Shown piece by piece: positions 39,901 through 51,150 of a stretch of DNA of 64,000 bases. Source of the DNA: Phoronis australis (taxonomy: Eukaryota; Animalia; Phoronida); NCBI GenBank assembly GCA_002633005.1, contig NMRA01000352.1, positions 162,905 through 226,904 on the forward strand. Direction: 5' to 3'. The first letter of the stretch is position 1. Every line of letters starts with the position of its first letter. The notes beneath the pieces are model-generated. The model ran no database searches and was not told where the DNA came from. It saw only the letters and a program-made list of their open reading frames with translations. The position numbers and the translations under genes are program-made.

Positions 39901-42900
39901 CAGAAGATTTCACCATCGTGTTCAGTCAGTGATGTGCTGTCAATCTTCTTGTTGCAATCAACTAAAAATTAAAATCCCTGTATACTGTTTCTGTTTTTTC
40001 AGCCATTATAGTCAGTTCTTTGATCAACTAAGACTGTGATTTAGTTGTTATGACATGATCTCACAAATCTACAATATGATACTGCAAAGAAGTAAACTTT
40101 TATTTGTACATTAAGTTTCGCAGTAACTAAAATCACTGCATGAAAAAAAGTTGTAAAATCACTCTACACACACAAAGTTGATGATTATGGCAGAAAGAAA
40201 ATTAATTTTAGTACCCAATAATTTGTGCACTGTCTTCAGCCCTGTCTATGCATATGACTACCAATTACCAATGCATGCGAATGTATACAGTAATTCATCT
40301 TTGCACCAAACAATATGTACAGTGAGCAAGTAGAATTTTATTTTACCAAAGATTGTTCGCATAAATAGACAGGAGGACATGTTTCCATAATCAACACGGT
40401 TTGTTCTAGAAAGAAAACCCGCCCAGAAAAGTGACAACTTTGACATAAAACAAATTTAAAGCAATAAATTTTATGAAGAATTTGCACGTAATTTGAAAGA
40501 AAAAAGGCAAAGCTCACCGCATTTGAGACAAGACTTATGCCACTTCTTGCCAATGGCCATCATTTCCTCTGCAAAGTAGACTGCCTCACCACATCGTGGG
40601 CACCGTGGCCCTTTGCCTAGGCTACCCATCGATGGCCTCTTGGGCTGGTAGCTACCAGTGGAACCACCATTGTGCCGAGCAGAACTCATTTCTGGTGCAT
40701 TACTACCTTGAGATGTGGCCAGAGGGGAGTAACTAGAGAGTGACAAGATAACAAGATAGATAAGCGGGAGGCAGAGACCAAGCGTAATAACACTAATAAC
40801 AGATACTGATATACGACCACCAATTAGCAAAAAACAAGGCTTGGTCATTACTTGAACAGGCACTAGGAGGCGCAACAGCAGCTTAATCTGTCCAAAAACA
40901 TTAGTAAAGCAATCCTCCAAACGCATAAGTGATTTGGAAAACAGAGAAGCATATATCTCCTTGATAAAAACGTGTTAGCCAAAATTCCACGAAAATCTAT
41001 CAGAGAACTTGGTACGTAATAGGACAGACAGGCAGACATAATCACAAGGGAAAAAGTGTAATAGTTGGACACGTCTGCTAGTTGATGCATAACCATTCTT
41101 GCCACAAGAGAAACCTGTCCGAGTTTGGGAAAAAGAAAGTTACTACTTTTTCATGTCAACAGACTAAGACTTGTGTGCTGACTTTCACCACGAAATGAAG
41201 AAGAAAAACAAAAGGAATAATGTCTTACGCTTCTTCGCGAGCCAGTCCTGCAGCGCCACCTGCAAAACCATAACCTTTGGGTCCAAAGTTCTTGCCATAA
41301 CAAGACTTGCAGAAGATTTCACCATCGTGTTCAGTCAGTGATGTGCTGTCAATGTTCTTGTTGCAACCAGCTGAAATGGTGAAGTCATTGATAATGTTCA
41401 AGAGATACGGCTTTGTGACACAATATCAGAAAATTCTCAATTGGTTTTGCATTCTTGTTATGAAGCAGTAAAAATACAACCAATAAACATTGCATTCACA
41501 ATGCTTGGATGGAATGACAATGTGACTGACTACCTTCGTTACCAAGAATTACATTAAAAATCATACCAAGTCTTAACCCATGGAACCATTTGTTTATAAA
41601 AATCTTTGGTGAGAACACAAGAATGTACACAAAAGTGCTGTCCAGATGATAGTTGCCCTTAGATCACGTCATTTTTTCTAATTAAGTGGAGATAGCTGTA
41701 GCCTCCACAGACATGGAACTTTTCACAAAACACCTGTGAATTCTATTTAAACATGCAGTATCCCGAGAACTTGTGCCAAGTGGCACATTTTTAGACCTCA
41801 CCTTTAACAGTTATACCAAAGAAAATTTTGTCATATTGTTAATAACATGTTTTTCTATAAATGCACCATTCTCTTTACTAAAAAAGACACGGTCTTGTGA
41901 CCCAATCAATGGCACATTGGTATAAAGTCACAACTCAAATTCTAATGAGTTAAAGTTTTGTAGGTATTTGGCAAACAACAATTGTTAGTAAGGGTCTAAT
42001 GATGTAACCTTAAAGCCATAGACCCAAACTGTAACATGCTTCAATGTATAACTTCATAACACTTGTAATGACACCAAACGTGGAGCCCACAAACTAACCA
42101 GTAAACTACTATAGTATCGGGAGTTGTGTTGACGAAGGTGTGCCACTATTTCGTTAACACAGGGTCTTAAAGGAGAATGCCACCCGATTTAATTAGTCTT
42201 TTTTGCCGTCTTAATCGGTCTAGATCCACATCGCCTCGCATACGGTCGACCTTACCTTGCCAAGAGGTGTCGCGTTAACCTGTGAGGAAGGTGAGAAACT
42301 ACGCTAGCGACGTCAGTGGTTCATATGCAGAGAGAATGCCGCTACGTTGCGGACAGCGGTGCATCGTTCCCGCTTGTCCGTACTAAGCAGCTGCGAGGAA
42401 AGCGGGTATATCATTTTTTTTTACTTTTTCGAGAGTCCGAAATGCTTAGGAAGTGGCTCATGGTGCTAGTGAAGAATGAAATGTACGCTGTAAATAGCAA
42501 GTATGAGGTCGTGACTAACATCTCTGTGTCTTTGGCCTGCAGACGTCGACCGTGCCTGACAAATGCCGGCTTACTAAATAACTCCATACGTTCCCTTGTC
42601 TGACCTTGTTCACGGCGCCTCACTAGTATTTCTTCATCACTGTATTCTTGTTCGAATTGATAGCCTGTAAAACTTAACGATCCACCCGCGAAGTCGGGAC
42701 TGATGAGCTCTAGCTCGTCCTAAGTCGGGATTGCGAGTTATTACTGAGAGTTCAGTTTCAACTTGAAATGAATTATTCTCTCCCTAACCAATACTTCTAT
42801 AAAACTCAAACAAAGTCTGTCTCATTAGATGCAATTTGTAATGCCTTTGGAGTGTTCGTGAGTGCAAATGATTTGAGAAGCCAGCAATGAATAAATCACT

Positions 42901-45900
42901 GCATTACCGGCTTTAGGTGCAATAAAACTAATTGACGAGACACCGAGGCCGTGTGAGCTCATGCTAATTTAGTGTTTGCTGGCAGAAACTGTTGTGAAAC
43001 AACTCGATTTCCATCCCATGGCCAGGTGTTAGGGGAATCTTTATTTACATTTACATTACTCAAATAATGATTGTCAATGTACAACTTCTGCCCTGACAGT
43101 GCTGTGGCCAAAGCGAAACCTCAGCCGGGAATTCGTGACCCCCGACGAGTTAGTAGATTTGCAGTTTCGTGGTAATTCACCAACATAATCACGTGCACAT
43201 TACTTTGGCTCACTAGTATAGTATTTTCTTGACTGGAAGTTTAGTTTCCACTGAACTTTGGCTGGTTTATGTTCGTGATGCCTGATCAGTTTCCAAGCCA
43301 CTGGCCCGCCCGGGATAACGAGTCAATCCAGCCAGCCGCAACGGGCCTGATCGCGCTCCGAGCCACTGGCCAGGATAACAAGCGTTTTGTGTTTAGAACT
43401 CAAAAAATCACAAGTCTAAACAACACAGATCTAGGTTCTCATGTCTGTATCTCATGGAAACGAAATTATCTCCAAACAGACCCCAAACTCCTGCTACGGA
43501 CCTTATTGGCCTGCCGAACTTTGTAGGCTACGGTGTGTCCAAATACCAATAAATCCGTAAAAGTGAAATAAAACAACATTGTTTTATAAGAACTCGGTGT
43601 ATTTTTAAGGGTTTTACATCGAGGTTTGATGATTTATTGGTGTTAAACGATGACTTCAAGCGATAAGCTGACACCAGTAACCCGTGTTGTGAACTGCTGA
43701 ACAGACTGCATGTGAAACCGATGACGTCATTGGATAATTTCAACACCTCCGTCTGCCGTCAGGTAACGCAACCGTACATGTCATTATGGAGTAGAACTAC
43801 TCGATCTAAATTGATACAAATTAGGTTGTTTTTTTGGGTGGCATGCTCCTTTAAGGTATTTCAAAATGGGAAACAACCACATTGTAACGACTGTTGTTGC
43901 AGCTGTCACGGACACCTATTGCTTAATCAAAATTGTCCATTCATGACGTGAGGAGGCACGAATTTACTAGGTTGCCTATTTATGGCGTAGCTGGTGAGCT
44001 GTCGCAATGATCTGAAGCAGTGTGCTTATCACAATCACACACGTGACCTCCAAACCATAATTTAAAGATCGTTAACTTTGATTCTAACCATTTATACTCT
44101 CATTACATGTTTCCGTTCACAACCTAAAAATGCTCACCACATTTAAGACAAGCTTTGTGCCACTTCTTGCCAATGGCCATCATTTCCTCTGCAAAGTAGA
44201 CTGTCTGATCACACCGTGGGCACCTTGGTCCATTACCGAGGCTACTCACTGATGGCCTCTTTATCTGATAGCTCCCATTGTTACTATGGGATAGACAAAA
44301 TTAATTAGAGACTGAAAAACAAAACACGATCGGCTATTTAAAGAAGATATCTGCCAAAATTTGTGAAGGTCCATTATAGGTTTAGACAAAAACCTGAATT
44401 TGCTTAAAGGCTGGTGACATGGCAACAGTTGGATTTGTCAAGAGTTGCCATCTACCGCCATTTTTAGTAAGAACACATCTGCTAAATGGCTTGTTTCAAA
44501 AGTTTAAGGGATACAGCACCGGACCCATGGCAGAGATAACAGCTCAATATGCGTATGCACACACCCACGCAAACACAAATTTAATTAATTGCTCAAGCGA
44601 CATAAAAAATCAGATATTTTGAAACTCCTACATCAGTCGTCTTGCTTACATACTATGTGTTAACCAACGTCATAATCATAGAAATTAAAACAAAACGAAG
44701 AAACATACAACCGAAAACAAAATTGCCATTAGAGGGCAGCAGTAGCTGGACCTTTCTGAAAATCAGCGCCAAACATAGTCTTTTCGACAGGTGCACCACA
44801 GTCCCGAAATAGGGAAGTGTTGCCGTATCTCTAATAAAAATTTATTTGCAAAATTTCAAGAAAATCTGTCACGTAACTTAAAGATAGAGACAAACATCAA
44901 ATAATAAATTGTCACTAGGGAGCACAGTAGTAGTCTGAAATATCCAAATGTCATCATCTAATCCGTAGTCAGCTCTACAGGAACACATCTGCCAATTTTC
45001 ATGAAAATCCTACAGGGTGGTAACGTACAGCAGCAGATGCCCAAACACCTGTCCACACAGAGGATGGCAATGTGCACACATACACCTGTAAAGGGATTTC
45101 ATATTGAATGTCGAAAAAATAGTGGGCATCCACAGCATTCTCACCTTGAGTCTCTTGTCTCAGCGGCGAGTCCTGCTGCCCCACCGGCAAAGCCGTATCC
45201 CTTCGCACCAAACAAACTGGTGTAACAATTCTTGCAGTAAATACTCCCGTCATGTTCCGTTAAGTTGAAACTGTCCAGAGACTTTTTGCATTTGTCTGAA
45301 ATCAGCAAGATGCGATGAAGTCATGTAACATAGAAGGCACAACTTTCTTTGGCTAGAATTGGCCCTAAAAGTAGTTCACATACATGCAAGTCGAAAAACA
45401 ACCTATGCTTGAAACTTACATCAACCTTCCAATCAAAACAATTATACCCTGTTACCTAGCACAATATTTTCTTAATTGCCTGCAGTGTCAGCAACCAGCC
45501 TTTTATATTAGCGTGTCACACATATATTGCTGATTGTATGTAATAGTCCAAATCTGGTGTGAAAAAGGCGAAATACCGCTCATGGGATGTATGACATAAC
45601 AGTAATTCCACAGATATTGGGTCCTCAGTAGCTCAGTGGTGAGAGCACTAGACCAGTAATCTAGAGACCTGTGGTTTAATTCCCAGTTGAGGCTCTTGAT
45701 TTTTCTGTGTTTATTTGACACATAAAACGTTCAAGTAAAGCCAAGCAACAAATTAGAAAGTTGAGAAATGCACAGCAGAGAAATGCTCACAAAACTGCTT
45801 GGCAAACAGTGTGCTTCAAGGTGTTTATCAGTATCACATAATATATAAAAATAACAGGCCTCTAGGGGGCGCAGCATCAGACAAGTCCACCTGAACCAAT

Positions 45901-46121
45901 CAAATTCGTTGGAAAGTCGTCGTCATCATTGAAACACGAAAGTCAAATTAAAGCATCTGCCTGGACAGAGCTAAGTTATCACTGTAGTCGTACTAGGACT
46001 CACCATTGCTACACCGCAGACAACTTTTATGCCATTTCTTTCCACCCGCCACCACTTCCTCAGCAAAGTACACTGCTTTGTCACAGCGTGAACACCTGGG
46101 GGCGCCACCAAGCTTGCTCAT
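33919..46121 (-). CDS. Cysteine- and glycine-rich / muscle LIM protein (CSRP/MLP family) with four LIM domains, 408 aa; join 46121-46004, 45295-45145, 44283-44138, 41370-41229, 40732-40518, 39961-39820, 39100-38956, 35748-35655, 33992-33919
   Basis: 1227 nt open after splicing; four CxxC-VYFAE-(W/Y)HKxC-C..C-CxxC motifs, each followed by an FGPKGYG-like Gly-rich repeat diagnostic of CRP/MLP. The specific CSRP1/2/3 orthologue cannot be assigned. Confidence 0.94.
35655..35748 (-). CDS. LIM gene exon 8
   Basis: [31 protein letters not shown]. Confidence 0.92.
37480..38650. mobile_element. Degenerate non-autonomous element with hairpin-rich ends
   Basis: Large imperfect hairpin at ~37487-37612, and inverted ttatcctag.gcgc / gcgcgtataggataa at ~37616 and ~38620. 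Class uncertain. Confidence 0.4.
38956..39100 (-). CDS. LIM gene exon 7 (linker + LIM4 start)
   Basis: [27 protein letters not shown]. Confidence 0.92.
39820..39961 (-). CDS. LIM gene exon 6 (LIM3 second half)
   Basis: [46 protein letters not shown]. Confidence 0.93.
40518..40732 (-). CDS. LIM gene exon 5 (linker + LIM3 first half)
   Basis: YSPLATSQG...[31 protein letters not shown]; acceptor ctctctag in the required phase. Confidence 0.9.
41229..41370 (-). CDS. LIM gene exon 4 (LIM2 second half)
   Basis: [46 protein letters not shown]. Confidence 0.93.
42171..43850 (+). mobile_element. Non-autonomous Kolobok-type DNA transposon with decayed THAP domain
   Basis: TTAA on both sides; TIR AGGAGAATGCCACCC vs AGGAGCATGCCACCC; internal CIVPAC...[16 protein letters not shown] with a stop and a frameshift. 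Confidence 0.85.
44138..44283 (-). CDS. LIM gene exon 3 (LIM2 first half)
   Basis: [31 protein letters not shown]. Confidence 0.92.
45145..45295 (-). CDS. LIM gene exon 2 (LIM1 second half + Gly repeat)
   Basis: [42 protein letters not shown]. Confidence 0.92.
45620..45694 (+). pseudogene. tRNA-derived sequence (SINE head or tRNA-Thr(AGT)-like pseudogene)
   Basis: A-box TAGCTCAGTGG, anticodon stem CTAGA/TCTAG with loop CCAGTAA, degenerate B-box GGTTTAATTCC; T and acceptor stems are imperfect. Confidence 0.65.
46004..46121 (-). CDS. LIM gene coding exon 1 ([39 protein letters not shown])
   Basis: ACAATG start, donor gtgagt. Confidence 0.92.
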
Positions 46122-47410
46122 TGTTGTTGGCTTACCTAAAAGGACAGAGTCACATTTTGTTATTACAGAGCCACGATGTTATGGTTTACATAAGTGTTAA
46201 TCAAGTGTTTGACTGAGGCTACACTTACACATCACTTGACTTTAAGTAAAAAGACATGGCAGTGTTTCTTGGGTATTTTCCAGTGCTTTCCATTGATAAA
46301 AGTACAGCGCCTCGCATCCATGGAAAAAATATTCAATTTGCTAAAATTGACACATTCCTGTTTTCCGAGGCTTATCAAACTGTTGCGAATGCTCAAAATT
46401 TTATCAAGTGTTGTTTGATAATAGCTACGCCATCCAAACCATGACAAAAACCAAAGGAATTCATTCTAAAAAGTTATTTCTATTGAGATATTTGACAAAA
46501 TGAAATTTCACCTGTCCACGTTATTGTGTCCCAAACTAAAGAATTTTGACATTTTTAACTGAATATCCATGGATTCGGGTTACAATATGGGACTGTACCT
46601 GCCAAGTTTGTCAATGTCTTATACGTTAGCCATACAACCTAACAACGCAAGAAAATCTATGCCACTGAACGAATGCTAGATGTAGCTGCAAAGTTGCAGC
46701 TTTTCAACTGAACTGTGAAGTGAGGTAATGTAGAACAGGCCTATTCAAATGTGATTTATAGATTTGTAGCAGGAATGAGAATCCTTAAAAAAAAGTGATT
46801 CAAACAACTTCGGGACTGGCCAAGCCCAACATTGCAAATTTGAAAATGGCACATGTACACAATGCCCGAGTTGGTAAGGAAATATCCCTGTGACGTCGCA
46901 TTGTGGGATCAAGTTAGTGATCGGTAAAATGCTTATTAAAGAGGTGTTTGCATGCTCATCATTATGGTAACATAAAGCAGGAACTAGGCTACGATGCTAT
47001 TTTAAAATATTCATTGACAACTTGTAAATATGAAAACAAAAAATTATGCGAATATGTGACCTTTGAAGTACCTCGCGTGCTCACATAGCCTAAATGGCCA
47101 CATCTTGCAGTGTCACAATACTTACTGGACACAGTTCAGTGATTTGCGACGATCATTTTTACCACAAAACTCAATCTTAAAATCATTTAGCAGTTTTCAA
47201 CCTACTTCATGTTCACGTCACCGCTACAGTTGTGTTTCTAATTTGGCCAAGCAATCACAGAGGGAATTGGCCTGCAACTTCCAGTTTAATTTGATTTTCG
47301 TCTTCAGCCAGTTAAACACATGCATATCTAAGTTTTAAAAAAAATCTCAAAGTGTTTCTTTAGACAACTAAGACAAGCACAGAAATTAATAGTTTCAACT
47401 GCAGTACTTA

Positions 47411-47460
47411 CCTCAGCTATCTGTTCACTATATTCAGTAAACTTCAACAACACACGCACA
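47411..47460 (-). other. Candidate non-coding 5' exon of the LIM gene
   Basis: Perfect donor GAG|gtaagt at 47405-47413; the 5' boundary is unknown. Confidence 0.45.
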
Positions 47461-47490
47461 GATTTTCAATAAAAGCTGACAAAAAGTATG

Positions 47491-47779
47491 GTAAAAATTC
47501 TCCAGTTTGGGACAGAGAAAAATTATTTAGTTTGCTCTAGGTCAGAGAGCTTGTCCCAAATTCAAGAAAGAGACAATATTGGTCATCCCAAATTCAAGAA
47601 TCACCGGAATGATGCCAACAGTCAATCACTCAGTAGATTATGAACACATTTTCCGAAATTTGATGAAAATGGTGAATGCCAAAATGACCCTTGTCTCAAA
47701 TTTCAGGATCAAAAAAATTCAATATGGGTGTTTCTGTGTCTCCAACTCTAGAGACTATCTAAAATTGGAGAAATTTTAC
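47491..47779. mobile_element. MITE of a dispersed family (fragments also at ~947-1000, ~1700-2070, ~3513-3960)
   Basis: TIR gtaaaaattctccagttt / aaattggagaaattttac; shared internal gacaatat..tcccaaattcaagaa motifs. Confidence 0.7.
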
Positions 47780-50382
47780 AATAACAGGTGATGACTGTAT
47801 ACCTTTAAACACACTTTTCTCTTTTCATAATTTCACAATGGCACAGGTGACACAAGAAAAACATGGCACCGTGTCATTAAACCAACATGGCCTCAAATTT
47901 ATGGGCCGATTTGAAGGACGTATAGGTCATTTTAGTATTTCCTATCCTCATCGATTTGATTTTTCTTTGGGTTAGGGCATTTTAACATCCATTACAAAAG
48001 GAACATAGGCAGAGATTAGCGACTGAATGAGGAACTGCATTTCAATAAATTTGAGATCTGTACTTTCACAGTATATGCTAGACCCAGCCCATATCCCTAA
48101 CGTAGCAGTACTTTTGATCAGCTGCTCTCCACTGTCCTCGTCTTAGACGGTTCATGCAAAATAAGACACGATTGCAACATAATTTTTAAGTGGAACTCGC
48201 AGGCTAATTCCTTATCTCTGTGATTGCTTGGTCAAATTAATTAGAAACACAACATACAGCAACGATGTGAATATGAAGTAGGGTGAAAATTGCCAAATGT
48301 TTAATTAAGAACGAGTTTTGTGGTAAACATAATCTGCCGCAAATCACTGAACAGTGTCAAGTGAGTACCGTAACATGGTGTTGGGAATAACACTGCATGA
48401 TGCAGGCTACGTGAACCCCGAGGTACGTCCTTTGTGCAAAGGTTACATATTTGCAGAATTTCTTGTTTTCACACAAGTTATCAATAAATGTAACTGCACT
48501 TTGTTAAGCATAGATTATGTTAAAATAGCATTGTCGTTTAGTTTCTGCTATACATTAGCACAGTTAGGAGCAGGCAAATACATCTTTAATGCATCCGTTG
48601 GCCTGAGCTGAGCAATAACAGAGCGTCGTCAATGACAATTTTTATGAGCAAAATTATCCCTGCAGTGGTAAACACAAGTTTATTTTTATCCCTGCAGACA
48701 TTGATATTATGAAATCACCTACAGTAATCTGAAATTTAACACATACAGAACTTCAAATCTGTATCAAACAGGGTTTTATTTCAAACTTCACATCAACTTT
48801 ATTTTTTGATCTGAAAGTAAAATAATGACTGAATACAAAGTATTTGCCAAATCTCAAAAATAAATACCAACGGCACTTAACAAACAGAATCGATATCTGT
48901 TAAGAGAATGTTTGCCAGACAATTCCTCAAGAAACCTGACCCAAAGACAATTTACATTCACTACAAGGCACAGCAGTTGACATGTACTGTTTAAAACTGA
49001 CATCAAACATGTTCTCACTCCAGGATTTAATCAACTGACAGATTTTATTGCAATTCCCTGAGAGGATTGGGAGATCATACAGATTCAGTGGAATCCATAA
49101 AGCCGCGGCACAAGACGGAACTGTCTGAAATGCATAGTTCCTGTCGACCGAAATGCTACTTACAGACATAAGTACACGCTTTGGCACAGCGGACATCTAA
49201 GCCACAGTTGACAAATTTCCAGTTTTTCTGAGCTTTCAAGTCACAGTTGAACATCTTAAAACCTTGACTCGTACAACGCCCAATACCACGACTACACTTG
49301 TATATATATACTTAGGGGCAGAAAAAATGGGTATGTGCCATTCTATTTTTATATCGAAGTTGTACCTTTTAACCATCACAGTATGTTAAAACACTGTATT
49401 ATGATTCCATACAATAAAGAAAGTGACAATGTTTTTCTAACATTCAAAGTCATGGCAAATGGAGGACAATGAATGTCAAACACATGTCTTAGGCTGTATA
49501 ACATGTAAGTATGCACAGCATGTCCAAATGTCACTTAACACATGGTACCAAGGGACATAAACAATCAACCAGCAAAAGGAAACTTGAGCTCAAAATTGCT
49601 ATCTAATATGACTACAATGACAATAGGTTAGGTAATACAGCAGTTTTCAAAATAAACTAGACAGACTGGACAGTTAGATAAACTACTAATCAGAATTATT
49701 TGGCATTTTAGTAAAACTTTATAGAGGTAATGAAATAGCCCTTTTGGCTGAATATTTACCAGTTAATGTGACGATATTGTTTTTAGCCTGAACCTTTGTC
49801 GCAGTTTAATGTCAAGTTATTTCACCTAACCCCTATAATTCATTATTTATGAACAGACTTACTAAGTACACAGTGAGTTTTCGCAATTTCAACAGCATGA
49901 AAGGAGCAATGCCTGTTAAGATTTAGCAAGAATTGGAAAGGTTTCAGTAAAAAAAGAAATGGATATTCTGTTGTAGTTTTGTGTTTTGAAACTTTTTAGT
50001 TTCAACATTATCCAAGTTTATTCCGAAAAAATACACAAACAGTAAATTAGCATCAGAATTTACTTTAATGACTTTCCAAATGGAACCACTTAAAAACAGC
50101 ATTTTACATTCTGTTGAAAGTAGTCAGTATTTCTGAAGTACGTATCTTCTAACAGTTGATATTAATTTCGCAAGTGTCCATGGCATACTACTAATTCCAG
50201 AAGATTAAATAAAGTTTCAAACACCTTTGCCTTGTAACATTTGTGTAAAGTGACATGCAGGCCTTGGGTATACATAACAGGGTGCACTCGCTGGTCTTTG
50301 CTTTTTAAGAGTCAGCAGTTTCATTAAAATCTATAGCTATGCCCAGAGCTCTCTCTGTTCAGTGTATTCAAGTTCACCGTCT

Positions 50383-50511
50383 TGTGTGAGTGTCCAGTGT
50401 GAGTGTCCTGTGTGAGTGTCCAGTGTGAGTGTCCTGTGTGAGTGTCCAGTGTGAGTGTCCTGTGTGAGTGTCCAGTGTGAGTGTCCTGTGTGAGTGTCCT
50501 GTGTGAGTGTC
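50383..50511 (+). repeat. Minisatellite, 13 bp x10 ((a/t)gtgtgagtgtcc)
   Basis: Direct reading; explains the repetitive ORFs at 50324-50634. Confidence 0.92.
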
Positions 50512-51150
50512 TGGTGTCAGTAAGGTGATTGAACACTCACAATGGAGGTACTGAACAGAGAGAGTTCTTAGTTTAAGCGAAGTGCCAGAGAGGATGATTG
50601 GGTAAAAGCCAAGAACCACTCTTTGAATAGACAATATGGTGGAGGGGTCAGATTTAAGTCGTCTGACTCGTGGTCCAGAACCTTTTTGCAGTTATTGTCT
50701 CTGAAAGCCGCCGGCAGAGGGCGATGGAATTTTCATTGGGAACTAATCAGTCATCAATCCCCAGAAGAAAGTCAGGGGGTCCCGCAATGGCGAGAAAACT
50801 GTTTCACAGAAAGTTCCAAAAGTTTTGATTTATAATTTATTTGCTTCTCGTGATGATGTCTCTGTTGAATTTGTCTGATGAAATTCTGTCACGGAATTCG
50901 GAAATACAGACTGGTAGTGATAAATGTAAAAAATAAGGCAGTCAAAATCACCCAACAGTTGTCCTCCTCTGTTGTACACTCGTAGAAATACATTCACAAA
51001 ATACCAAAAGTTCTGCAACAGATTCTTTAGGACGAGTTGCAGTAAATGGTTTATTTAGTTCAGTTTTGCATGACTCATAGCAATTTTTGATCTTTTTTTA
51101 TATCACACTTGTGAAACGGTAACTTGCATCCATAAAATTAGTTACTGAGT

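Noticed and set aside
40733-40926. Hydrophobic N-terminal extension of the 151-aa ORF (apparent membrane-anchored LIM)
   Set aside because: Read-through of intron sequence; a phase-correct acceptor lies at 40733-40734 and the ORF start is not ATG.
42696-42722. Hammerhead ribozyme at ggactgatgagctctagctcgtcc
   Set aside because: CTGATGA and a stem are present but there is no GAAA or stem III; it folds as a simple hairpin inside the Kolobok element.
45620-45694. Functional tRNA-Thr gene
   Set aside because: T-loop is TTTAATT rather than TTCRA, position 33 is not U, and the T and acceptor stems are broken.
50324-50634. Repetitive His/Thr-rich ORFs
   Set aside because: Translations of the 13-bp minisatellite.
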